Shown in pieces: positions 1 to 21,257 of a stretch of DNA of 64,000 nt. The stretch covers positions 4,877,264 through 4,941,263 of the forward strand of contig CAVNZM010000006.1 of NCBI GenBank assembly GCA_963693365.1, in the 5' to 3' direction. Position 1 is the stretch's first letter. Each line of letters begins with the position of its first letter. Position numbers and translations under genes: made by a program. Origin of the DNA: Amoebidium appalachense. Its lineage: Eukaryota; Protista; Ichthyosporea. The notes under the pieces were generated by a model. The model saw nothing but the letters and a program-made list of their open reading frames with translations, was not told the origin of the DNA and did not search any database.

Positions 1-862
1 CCTCCCTCCCTCCCTCCCTCTCGTCCCCCCTCCCTCCCCTCCCTCCCCCCCCCTCCCCCCCCCCCCCTCTCCCCCCTCCCCCCCCCCCCCCTCTTTCCCC
101 TCTCCCCCTCTCCCCCTCTCCCCCTCTCCCCCTTTCCCTCTCCCTCTCCCTCTCTCCCTCCCAGCCCCCCCCGCGCCCTCTCTTTCTCCCTCCCCCCCAC
201 CCCTTCCCCCCTCACTCCCTACCCCCCCCCCCCCTCCCCCGGCCCCTCCCCCCCCCCCCGCCTCTCCTCTTCCCAGGGACGAGTCCTCAAGATCATTTCG
301 TTAGCATTCATAGTTTGTCCATGTTTCTCCACCAAAAACGTGAACACAATCCCATGTTTATATATATGAACCATACGATCAAGTGATACGACACTCATTC
401 ATGCACAGGTGCACGGGGCTTTCTGGGAGCACTGTCGACCCGCTCAAGATGACCTGCTATAGCCGCTGCAGTAGCCTGTGCACATCGTGCCAGCGGTCAG
501 GCGGAAACTGTGGCCGATGTGGGATATAATAACGGCAACGTGTAGCAGTACTTGGGATATGATGTGTATTCTATATATAGTGTTCAAGTTAGCGTTTCAG
601 TATAGCTGGAAAGTTGACGTAAAATATGGGAATATGTCCAATATTAATCTAATATGCAGAATGTTACTTGAAAGACCCTGAACCACTACATACACATAGC
701 CTATGTTTAGTTATTAGGCGTTGCCGATGTGAATACATTTGTATGTTGCTCAGTCTTTGTCTGCAAGTTTTTGGCGGAAAACTTGTGCTGTGTGAGATCC
801 GTGACTGGAGCTTATCATAAGAGGCTGGGCGGAAAGGCCTAGGGATGGCTTGCCCGGGGCCA

Positions 863-900
<38 letters not shown>

Positions 901-1033
901 GTATGCGTGCCATGGTGTGTGTATGTCGTGTGTCGACGAAGAAGTAATATCACTTTTGATGACGTTTAAGCGAGACTTGCAGTGCAACTTTTGCTGATCG
1001 AAGTCTTAGACTAATACGGTACGTGATACAAAT

Positions 1034-1125
<92 letters not shown>

Positions 1126-2478
1126 ACGTGTGTGTGTGTACACGTGCGCACTCTTGTGGGTGTGCGAGTCGGGGACAGAGAGGGGGGGAGGGGGAGGAGG
1201 AGAGGGGGGGAGGGGGAGAGGGGGGGCGGGGGGGGGGGGGGGGGGGGGGGGGGGATGTATGCGTTAGAGGGTTGGAAACATGGAGGAGACAACAAAAGGG
1301 CAACAACAAAACGTCACAAAAGTGGGAAATCCAAAGTCAAACAATTTTAAGCGTGCAGGCAGAAGACACTTGAGGGAGGGGTAGTGTGGTTTGCCAAGTG
1401 ATTGGTGGTATCTTCTCTCTTTTCACGTTAGTTCTCACAATGTTCTTGTTCACAAACAATCATCCTCAGACTCTATTTGCTTTTGGTCAATTAACACGTT
1501 TTTTGGAAGTAACACAAACTGTACATTGTGTGGTTCTACTAGCATCGTAGCACCCTAGCTAGAGTACTGTCGGTGCTGGGTGGAAGACGGTAGTTCCCCC
1601 TGAGGGTACCTCCGGGAACAAAACGGGATTTAAAGAAAAAAAAAAAAAGAAAAAAAATGTACATGTGTGGTAGGTACATTCATACTTCATCTAAAGAATA
1701 CCCCTTAATAGACGATGTGCACAGCACACACGGTTGGGTAAAACATGAAAAACAAAAATACAAATCGGGGTGAAAAACACCTCGTCATGATCATGAGTGC
1801 GTGTGTGCACACGCGCGTGCACACGTGCGAGTAGATGCATGCCCACCCATGTACATGTGCGTGTGTGTCTCATCGAGGTGCAAATCCTCCCAGGCACAAA
1901 AAGCAATGTTTACGTGCTAAAGGCCGGGACAACTTGACCAGACCAGAAATGTACTATTGTGCTCTAAAACAGTCTAGCAAAACCAACCCCATCCACACAC
2001 TCGCAAATCCCACACTCAATCATTCGTGTAAACCCCCCCCCCTCCCCCCCCCCACTTCAAGGTGGAATTTTCTTTGAATATTTTTCAAAAACCACAATCA
2101 GTCAACTAGCCCGCAGGCACTAATTGAGACAAACGACAGACACACGTTCACCGACTATCAAAACATTACCACTTGGGCTCCCCGGGGGGGGAGAGGGAGC
2201 GGGGGGGGGCAGTCACATTTTGCCAACACCACACAGCGACTTCAAACCTAGTCATCAAAAACTCACAATGTTAGAAACACCATGTCGTCGTGCCATTCAA
2301 TCAGTTTTATCAATTCACCGGGGTAAACTTTCAAGGTGGTGACCGATTAAGCCCCCCCTTGCTCGTACGCAACCCGATGCACCGCTGAGTGTCTGATATC
2401 CTCATATTTCGGCCCTGTACCAAACCCATCATTAGTTATAATTAGACCCCCCCCCCCCCCCCCTTGCCCGCCAAACGC

Positions 2479-2511
<33 letters not shown>

Positions 2512-3099
2512 TCTCCCCCCACCTCCTATCGGTTCTCAATGTCAACTCACGTATAAGTTCAGTGCAAAACCTCAACATCAGGACCGTCCGATGTGTAAAT
2601 ACCTCCAAACTGGGTCCAAAGTACATCTTGCGGACAAACACTACACCTGCATGCAAAGTAATGTTCTTATTATACCACCGGGGGGGGAGGGGGGAGGGGG
2701 GGAAGGGGGGGGGAAGAGGAGGAGAAGGGGGTTTGGGGTGGGGGCCACGGGGGGGGGGGGGGGGGGGGGGGGGGAGGGGGGAGGGGGGAGGGGGGAGAGG
2801 GAGAGGGGGGTTGGAGCGGGGAGGAGAGGGAGCAGCGAGCGAGAGAGAGAGAGAGTGTGTGTGTGTGTGTGTGCATGTGTTTGTGAGAGGAAGGGGGGGG
2901 GGGGGGGGGGGGGAGGGGGGGAGAAAGGAGGGGAAAGAGAGAGAGAGAGAGAGGAGAGAAGAGAGAGAGAGAGAATGCAAGAAAGGTCCGGGAGAAGAGG
3001 GGCGGGGCGTGGGGGGTGGAGTGCGGACGGGATAGTGTTTTTAAATAAATATTGCTTCAATAGTTGTTACCAGTGTTACTAGTCAGCCTCCCCACCCAC

Positions 3100-3361
3100 C
3101 TGTCAGTGCGCCCATGTCTCTTTTGCGCAAATTCTCAGCCCTCTCTGCCCTCAGCTCTCTGAGTCTCAGTCTCTCTCTGGCCACCTCCTTATCTCCCTTC
3201 ATCACCTCCTCACATAATCTCTGCGCACGAAATTGTTAGGCAAACCTGTTTTTTGTCTCCCCCCTCCCCCCTCCCCACCCCATACCCGGTGTCCCTTCTC
3301 TCCGCCCCCCTCCCCTCCCCACCCCACCTCACCCCACACCCGGTTGCCCCTCTCTCCGCTC

Positions 3362-3396
<35 letters not shown>

Positions 3397-4524
3397 CTTC
3401 CCGCTCTTCTTCCCTCCCCCCCTCCCTTCTTCTCTCCCCCCTATGAACTCGGTTCACGTTTTGCGTTTTACAAAAACAACAAAAAAAATTACTTTCCGCT
3501 TTTCTCTTCCCTCGAGACCACACCCAATTTTAGCTCAAGTATGTGATCAATTCGTCCATACATTCATTCTTACCCACGTCTCCCCATTCCCCTTTCATGC
3601 ATAGCTCTCTCTACATGATTTGAATTTTGGTGCAAGACCCCCTCCCCCTCTCCCCCCCCCCCCCCAAACATACACACACGCACGTACACACACACACCTG
3701 CACCCACCCCCACACACACATCCACCCCCCCCCCCCCCCCCCCCACCCACCCACCCACACCCACGCACCCACCCATCCAGACACGCACACACACACACAC
3801 CCACACCCACACACCTTCATCTCCCCCAGTATGTTTCCATACATCTCCTCCACCACTCCCATTTCTTGCGTCCGCCCATTTGCGGCAAGGAGACGTTTCC
3901 CTAAACCCGTCCTGGTTTTTTTGGACGAAACATAACTCCATTAGTAGGAAACGTACTGGGAAGAAAACAAGTTGCATCTAGATTTCCCGGTCGTAGGTGG
4001 TTGGGAGGGGAGGTGGGGGGCCTTTGAGATTGGTTGTTACAGGATCACAAAGTGGGTGGGTGGGTGGGTGGTGGTGGTGAGGGGGGGGGGAGGGGGGAGG
4101 TGAGGGAAGGAGAGAAGGGAGCGGGGAGTACGATGCAAAGCACGGTACAGAGTACAAATGCACGACGAGAAACACGGTGCAGGACACATGCAAAAGTACA
4201 CATGCAAGTATGCAACATCCGCAACACGTACTATCCAACATGAGAAGAACCCAACGGGAATGGGAAGAGAAGGGAGGGCGGGGAGGGGGGGGGGGGGGGG
4301 GGGGGGGGGAAGGCAGGAGGGAAGGGGGAAAGAGGCGGAGGGGAATAAGCACTCACACATTGCTGGGCAGGGAGAGGGGGGCAGGTGGTGGGCGGTTGTA
4401 GTCCGTGTGTGAGCTCTGGTCCAGACAGGTGATGCCCACCTGCACAGCCTCTAGCCGGCTAGAAACAACAGCCACAACTAGGTCAGCGTGTTGTTCGATT
4501 CTCTTGTGTGCAATCTTAGAACAT

Positions 4525-4567
<43 letters not shown>

Positions 4568-4698
4568 TCCCCCCCCAAAAAACACACAGACACAACCTGC
4601 CACACTGCGGCCAAGACAGCAACCACCATTAGGTCAGTGTGTTGTTTCCTTTCCTGCTCTGCGTGCAATATTTATGCATCAAACACCAACCCCACCCT

Positions 4699-4736
<38 letters not shown>

Positions 4737-5165
4737 ACCCGCCTCCTTTCCCATACACACACACAGACACACACACACACACAAAACTGAGTCAGTATAT
4801 TGGGTTCTGCTCTGTATGTAATCCCTCCCCCCTAACCTCCCCCCCCCCCCCCCCCCCCGCGTGCTCCCCCCCTCTCTCTTTCTTTCTCCCCCCCCCCCCC
4901 CCTAAACACACACACACAACCTGCCTCGTTACAACGAAGACAACACCCACCACAACCAAGTCAGTGTGTTGTTTCCATTCCTGCTCTGTGCACAATTTGA
5001 CATTCACCCCCCCCCTCCCCCCCCCCCCTCCCTCCCTCCCCCACTCTCTCCCCCCCCTTCTCTCTTCTCTCATTCTCTCCGCCCCCCTCACCCCCACCCC
5101 ACACCCACCCCATCCCCCCACTCCCCTTAACCCACCCATCCACCCACATACCCACACACCCACCC

Positions 5166-5197
<32 letters not shown>

Positions 5198-5221
5198 ACA
5201 CACACAACACAAACACACAGT

Positions 5222-5317
<96 letters not shown>

Positions 5318-5332
5318 CACAGACACACAGTG

Positions 5333-5419
<87 letters not shown>

Positions 5420-5690
5420 ACACACACACACACACACAATCTGGAGGGCTGCGGCTGTTCTTTCTTGTGGTTCTATTTCGTGCACTGGTCTATTATCACC
5501 TCTTGTAGCCAGCTACGTATTCTTTTCCAACATAGTACCCAACCTCGTGGGGAGGAGGGAAGGTGGCGGCGGTAATTTGAAGGGCGGAGGGGGGGGGGAG
5601 AGGGACAGAGTGGAGAGAAGTTGAGGAGGAGGAGGAGGAGGGGGGAGGAAGGATGGAATACAGGTGGAAGAGTGGGGACACGGGGGGAAA

Positions 5691-5722
<32 letters not shown>

Positions 5723-6439
5723 CGGGTTGGGGGGGAGGGGGGGGAGGGGGGGGGGGGGGGGAGGGGGGGCTCAAAGTTAGTGAAACATCTGGAAAAGGGA
5801 AAAGCACGTACCAGCTATCGTAGGACGGCCTGTGCATGAATGTGTAGTCGTACGTGTGCGTGGCCATGTTTTCGTTCACAGTCGCAGACACAAGACCGAG
5901 TAACAGAGAAGAGCTGTCGGGTGTGGGCCTCTGCAGCCTGGGGGGGGGGGGGGGGGGGGGGGGGAGGGGGTGTGCGGAGGGAAGGTTTTGTAAACAGCTC
6001 GGGCGGAGATAGCAGGTAGAGTAGGGAGGGGGGAGGGGGGGGAGGTGTGTAAAAATCCTGGCCAAGTGGAGGAAGAGGGAAATGGGGGGGGGGGGGGGGG
6101 GGTTAATATGATACCGAGGAGGAGGAGGGGGGGGGGGGGGGGGGGGAGAGAGAGAGAGAGGTTGTAAGAACAACGGCGAAGCGTGGGGGAAAGGGGGGGG
6201 GGGGGGGGGGAGGGGGATGGGTAGCTATTATAAAGGGGACCAAGTGGGGCAGGGGTGTAGCTAAGAGAATGGTGTGTGTGTGTGTGTGTGAGTGGGAAAC
6301 CCCGGGGAAGAGGGGGAGGGGGGTAGGTAAAGGGATGAGGAGGAGACGAGGGGGGGGGCCAGGAGAAAAAAGGGAGAGTGAGAGGCAGGCCAAAGGGCTC
6401 TTCGATGTGTGTGTGTGTGTGTGTGTGTGTGTGGGGTGT

Positions 6440-6497
<58 letters not shown>

Positions 6498-7869
6498 CTT
6501 GTCTTAGGGCGTGAGGAACGACAGCAGAAGTGTTAAAAAAGGCAACCAGGAAAAAAACCGGGGGGGCAGGTGGTGGGACTTGGGGCCGGGGGGGGGGGGG
6601 GTTTTGAATGCGGAACACAGTACGAAGTACGCATACACGATGAGAAGCATGGTGCAGGACACATGCAAAGGCAAACATTCAAGTATGCAGCATCAGCCAT
6701 GCGCACAGTATGTGTCATAAGCAGAGCCCATCCTCAGGGAGGGCCCAAGTCATCAATTGCGTCTGAGTTTCGACCCCTTAGCCCGCGTATATACGACGCT
6801 CCAACTCAGACAGCAGCATCAACTGAACTTGGGTGGGTCAACCCGTCTTGATCAAAGACGAGCAGGGTTGCTTATGCAAGCAAGGTGAGCAAAACGGTGA
6901 AGATGTATGTGCAAACTAATGCAGTGCAGCGACAAACGCGTATGTGCTTACAGATGCACGACACAGAGCAACCATGCCCGGTTGCATGGAAGTAAAGATG
7001 TCTCCACACAGTGGTCTGTCCTGAAAGGACACCTCTGAAAGAAGACAGGGGGGTTTTGAATGCGGAACACAGTACGAAGTACGCATACACGATGAGAAGC
7101 ATGGTGCAGGACACATGCAAAGGCAAACATTCAAGTATGCAGCATCAGCCATGCGCACAGTATGTGTCATAAGCAGAGCCCATCCTCAGGGAGGGCCCAA
7201 GTCATCAATTGCGTCTGAGTTTCGACCCCTTAGCCCGCGTATATACGACGCTCCAACTCAGACAGCAGCATCAACTGAACTTGGGTGGGTCAACCCGTCT
7301 TGATCAAAGACGAGCAGGGTTGCTTATGCAAGCAAGGTGAGCAAAACGGTGAAGATGTATGTGCAAACTAATGCAGTGCAGCGACAAACGCGTATGTGCT
7401 TACAGATGCACGACACAGAGCAACCATGCCCGGTTGCATGGAAGTAAAGATGTCTCCACACAGTGGTCTGTCCTGAAAGGACACCTCTGAAAGAAGACAG
7501 GGGGGGTTTTGAATGCGGAACACAGTACGAAGTACGCATACACGATGAGAAGCATGGTGCAGGACACATGCAAAGGCAAACATTCAAGTATGCAGCATCA
7601 GCCATGCGCACAGTATGTGTCATAAGCAGAGCCCATCCTCAGGGAGGGCCCAAGTCGGGGGGGGGGGGGGGGGGGGGGGGGGAAGGGGGGAGAGGGTGGG
7701 AGGGGAGGAGGAGACAACTGTGACTTTCAGCCTCTTTTTCCCCTTTCCCCCTTTTTCCTTGTTTCGTTCTTTTCTATTTTTCTGTCTCTCTCTCTCTCCT
7801 CCCCCCCCCCCCCCCCCCCCCATTTTTCTTTTCTTTTCTTTTTTCTTTTTTTTCTTTCTTTTTTTTTTT

Positions 7870-7915
<46 letters not shown>

Positions 7916-8041
7916 TATATACTTTTTATTGTAGATGTGCTTTCCGTAGTACTCTATGAGACCCTCCATAATGTGCAGGTCACGCACACTACACTGCATG
8001 GGTATGTCACGTCGGCACCGAAAAAACCCTATCAGCATCTG

Positions 8042-8073
<32 letters not shown>

Positions 8074-8206
8074 GATGTAAGTAGGTGTGTGTGTGTGGTG
8101 GTGGTGGGGGGGGGGGGGGGGGGGGGGGGGGGGAGGATGTAAGTAGGTGTGTGTGTGGGGGGGAGAGGGAGGGGAGGAGGGGTGTGTGGGGGGGGGGGGA
8201 TGAGGG

Positions 8207-8239
<33 letters not shown>

Positions 8240-8888
8240 CCGTGCGCAGACACGTGTATATGATAAGACACATTTTCAAGCCTCCCCCTCCCCCTAACAC
8301 ACACACACACACACAAACAAACACACACGTGCGTTCTCACACGCCCGCGTGCGAGAACGCACAAGTGTGTAGATTGGGATCATCGGGGAGGAAGGGAAGG
8401 AGGAGCAGAAAAGAAGGAGCAGGGGGAGGGGGGGGGGGGGGGGGGGGGGCTGAGGGGGGTGTTTGCCTAACCTTTGCCTTATCTTGGGGGATAAGGTTTT
8501 TCAGCTTCTCATGGTCTACATTGCCGGCAGCATCATAGAAGGAGAACTTCTCATGCAACGGTGTACATGATGAGATCACTGTGTGCACTTCTGGTGAGTC
8601 CCCCCCCCCCCCCCCCTCCAACCCACATTTTAGTCCCTTCCCAGTTTTTCTCCTAATTTAGATTCTTTCTTAGATTTTTTTTGGCTTTTTCGTTATTCAT
8701 CTTCGGGGGGTCTTTGCCTAGATTTAGTCTTGTACACCATGGGCGTTCTTACTACCAAGTGCCAGGCGGAAACAAAGAAAAACATCACATCAAGGGCTGA
8801 AATCACATAGTACCACACCACCACCCACGAAAAGTGGTGGAACGATAAGAATAACACATCCTCGTGCCCCGAGCACATCCACACTTTC

Positions 8889-8929
<41 letters not shown>

Positions 8930-9502
8930 ATAAATATCTCCTCCTCCCCATACCCCATCCTGTGGCACAAAGCCGTTCGTTATTAGTTCCTTCACTCAGT
9001 CATAAACTAATTGGGCACCAAATACGGCCAGATTCCTCATTCCCACCCCCCCCCCCCCCCCCCCCTCCCCCCCCTTCCCCCCCCCCCCCCCCCCCCCTGC
9101 CTGGAAAAATATTGTCGTTCCTCCCACCTCCCTCTCCCTACGCCCTCCTGCTCCCCACGTAGTTCTATCTAGAAACAAGACACATTTAGAGTATATAGCC
9201 ATGCTAATCATTTATTAGATATTATTCAGAGTCTCAACTCACCAAAAAATCGTTCCGTTTTCTGCACGTTCTCTTCTCTGTCGTTTTGTACCTCAACTGT
9301 CCGCTGTAGCTCAGAGCCAAAGATGAACCCTTCCTGCAAGAGAGGAAAAGATGAAGTGTGTGGGTGGGTGGGTGGGGGGGGGGGGGGGGAAGGGGAGGGG
9401 AACAGCGAGAGGGGGGGGGAAGGGGGTTGTGTTTTGGTTCATGTTGTTTTAGGGCTATATATTCGGGTGGTGGCGAATGTGTGTGTGTGTGTGTGCGCGC
9501 GC

Positions 9503-9563
<61 letters not shown>

Positions 9564-9745
9564 CGTCCCCACACATACGTGTGAAGCATGCGCTCGTGTG
9601 TGTATGTGGAAGGGAGGGGGGGAGGGGGGGAGGGGGGAACGCGGGAGGAGGTAAGTGGTTTGCTGCGGCCTGAAACGCAAACTGCGACCCACCTGAAGAA
9701 ACTCTTACAAGTATCCGCCATACATTCTGCCAACCTCGTTCCACT

Positions 9746-9783
<38 letters not shown>

Positions 9784-10313
9784 TCCCTCCCCCCCCTTTC
9801 CCCCCCCCACCCCCCCGTCACCTTCGCACCTTCCATCGCAAAGTGCCCGGGTAAAAAAAAAAAAATCCAGGCCAATATAAAGCGTAGTGTCTTCGTCATG
9901 GAGGCGATGTTCTCCTCGTGTGAATCTTATCGTGGCAGGTTTACCAACTCAATGATCAGAATATACTCATCAACCGAAACTCAACTATATGATAGATTTC
10001 TAATAGTTAGTGACAAGATGGGGAATGGGGGAAGGAAAGGCAAGTGAATGTGGAGAAAGTGGAAGTGAATATGCAGGGGTCTTTGTATGTGTATTGAGGT
10101 CGGTGGCGGCGGCGCGGGGGCCGGGGGAGGGAGGAGGGGAAGGGGAAGGGGGGGGGGAGGGGGGGGGGGGGGGTGTGGAGGGGGAGGGGCAGGAAGAGGA
10201 GAAAGGGGTTGAACACGCACCAGGTCCCCCTTTGACTCGGATAGCTCAAAAAGCAGAGCAGCAACGGATGACCCAAGCAACCTTACACTCTGAGGCTGTA
10301 CGTGGTTGTCCAT
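3100..10313 (-). CDS. Abraxas/ABRO1 (FAM175)-like BRCA1-A/BRISC scaffold, MPN- domain plus coiled coil; at least 8 exons, 3' end uncertain
   Basis: Phase-consistent GT-AG exons 10313-10221, 9333-9243, 8578-8472, 8038-7923, 5937-5812, 4458-4357, 3911-3815, 3220-3100. They give [38 protein letters not shown].../[36 protein letters not shown]...[37 protein letters not shown]. By recall this is colinear with human Abraxas (DTEGFLLG, FSFYNSSGEV, VVGWYKFRR, STHRLEH, EMYASLQEELK). The protein either reads through to TGA at ~3083 or splices to a further exon. Confidence 0.8.
4125..4232 (+). repeat. Partial copy of the repeat family in an Abraxas-like intron
   Basis: CACGACGAGAAACACGGTGCAGGACACATGCAAAAGTACACATGCAAGTATGCAACATC matches ~6637-6693. 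Confidence 0.75.
6601..7656 (+). repeat. Tandem array, about 2.3 near-identical units of 452-453 bp, of the dispersed intronic repeat family
   Basis: The unit GTTTTGAATGCGGAACACAGTACGAAGTAC... starts at 6601, 7053 and 7506, inside an intron of the Abraxas-like gene. Confidence 0.95.
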
Positions 10314-10465
10314 GGCTGTTTATAGCTGTGTTACCGTACTGAGAAGGCTAGAAGTTTAAGGTGGATCTAGAAGGTAGAAGGAATTTTGTGTGCATAAAAG
10401 GTTGCAGGCTGGAAGGCCAAGTTCAAGGAAAGTAGAGCTAAAAGGAGGGCATTCAAAAAGGAAGG

Positions 10466-10497
<32 letters not shown>

Positions 10498-11081
10498 AGG
10501 GAGGTTGAGAAAGCCGAGGTTTAAGTGTGCGCATTAGATGGTAGTAAAATCGAAGCAGTAAAAATCGAAGCAGTATACGTAAATCGAACTGAGCAGTTTT
10601 GAAAGATGGTGAACAAGAGTGAACAAGTCCGCAAAAGTTTCCCCTTGACAGGTGAGCCACAGCATACCTTTGTAACCAAAAAAGGCAGGTTCTTCATCCC
10701 AATTAGGCAGGTACCTGATATTTACGCAAAGCATTTTTGCTACTGTGCGCTGATTGGATGACTCCTCTTCTTGGCGCGCTATGTGCTGCCGTATACAAGC
10801 AGACCGAAAACACGAAAAGTGACTGAGCTGGCCGAGAAAAGCAAAAGGCCCTCTCCATACCGGGGTTTTGCGGTTTTGCTCGTGTTTTAATAAAGTAAAG
10901 AGAGGCTCTTTTTGGCTTTGTTTGTTGCAGCAGGCGAAAATACTCGTAAAATCTTGTGCCACGAAGATTGGTGGCTGCCAGACGGTCACTGTGTTCTTGA
11001 AACGTTGAACTTAAATCAACCTAGGGACTTACCCATTTACTGCAGCTGTAAAAGGAAGTCGTTCGGTTCTCGTAAGTGGAA
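10314..11081. promoter_or_regulatory. Probable bidirectional promoter between the Abraxas-like and B55 genes
   Basis: Head-to-head start codons about 770 bp apart. The interval is largely free of microsatellites and has CCAAT/ATTGG boxes at ~10699 and ~10754. Confidence 0.5.
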
Positions 11082-19825
<8,744 letters not shown>

Positions 19826-20407
19826 GATGATTACTGTACCTTTCCCGCGGATCCCATGTACGTATGTAGAGTTATTATGTGAGCTGTCTTCCCAAATGCT
19901 CAATTGTCATTTTCCCACGCAGGCCCATCGCTAAATATACATGGTGGTTGTTTTCAACCCAGGCGTATGTATGATCATCTCTACCGATGTCGATAGTATC
20001 ACAGAAAACCCCTCATCTGTAGACGCCAATATATTAGCGAAGAAATTTCAAATCCCACTTTACTAGGATATTGTTGGCTAAGTGGACCCCAACCCAGGCT
20101 TGACCCCATCTGATATTGTGCCCGAATGTTCGAAAAATGAATATCAGGGTCACGTGATACGTATATAAAAAGCGTCGTGAGACATTGACAATTGAGGTGA
20201 CGTCTTGATTGTGATATCTGTACGTGCTCAAGACCCGAATCCCTCCCTCCCCCCCCCCCTCCCCCCCCCCCCCCCCACCCCAAAAGTCAAGACCCCACCC
20301 CACCCCCCCCACCCCACCCCCGGCGCCCAAATTCTGTTTCTTCATAATCTTAATTCTTTTTTAGGGAAAAAAACAGGGGTTCGAAAAAAAACTGAAACAT
20401 AAAAAAA

Positions 20408-20452
<45 letters not shown>

Positions 20453-20562
20453 CCACCACCACCACCACCGGTACCGCCACCACCACACATACACACACAA
20501 AAAAGAAGAAGCTTAAGAAGAAAAACGGAAAAGACTGAAAGAATTAAGGAAAAACGGAAACG

Positions 20563-20595
<33 letters not shown>

Positions 20596-20949
20596 CAACA
20601 ACAACAACCCGGCCCCTTTCTTTTCTTTCTTTCATTCTGCTCTTACTTCTTATCGCTTTCGGTTTCCTTTTTCTTATGATCAGTCTGTTTCGTTCAATCT
20701 TCTTCTTCTTCTTTTTGGTGTGTGTGTGTGTAGTGGTGGTGGTGGTGGTGGTTGGTGGTGGTGGTGGTGGTGGGGGGGGGGGGGGGGGGGGGGGGAGGGC
20801 TCTCCCATCTTTCGAGTGAGGCTGGGCCCCAGACAGTGTCCACAGCAAAAAAAAAGTGTGTAAACCCCCAGTTTTAAAGGGCCTCTTCGTTATGAACGTT
20901 TAACACCGGAGTGACCGATCATGCTCCTCTCCTACCTATGCCATTAGCT

Positions 20950-21034
20950 CTAGCCAAAGTATACATCCTGACCTGATACACGGTCCTAGTCAATAGGACC
21001 GTGTATTAGGTCAGGATCTTTACTTCTCCGCTGG
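20950..21034. ncRNA. Long near-perfect hairpin (pre-miRNA-like, or a foldback-element remnant)
   Basis: ATCCTGACCTGATACACGGTCCTA-GTCAA-TAGGACCGTGTATTAGGTCAGGAT (20965-21017): 24-bp stem with one G-U on the + strand, extended by AAGTA/TACTT and CTAGC/GCTGG. Confidence 0.4.
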
Positions 21035-21203
21035 GAGGGATTGGTATGTGTGTGTGTGTGTGTGCTGGCGGAGGGAGGGGGGAGGGCATTCGTCAAGGAT
21101 AGATTATACTTCTAAGCAAATTAAAGGGAGAGGGCTAGGAAGAATCATTAGATGTTTGCACAGTGGCCTCTTGCGGCTTGCCTGGAGTGGTTGGGGGCAG
21201 GGG

Positions 21204-21257
<54 letters not shown>

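Noticed and set aside
276-304. Possible terminal exon of an upstream + strand gene after a C-rich tract
   Set aside because: Too short to identify, and the context lies outside the window.
2520-2647. Possible ninth exon of the Abraxas-like gene
   Set aside because: It is splice-compatible, but the translation has no homology support, so it was left out of the model.
6570-6851. Recurrent [21 protein letters not shown]... as a small protein family
   Set aside because: The similarity reflects DNA repeat copies; frames and starts are not preserved in the diverged copies.
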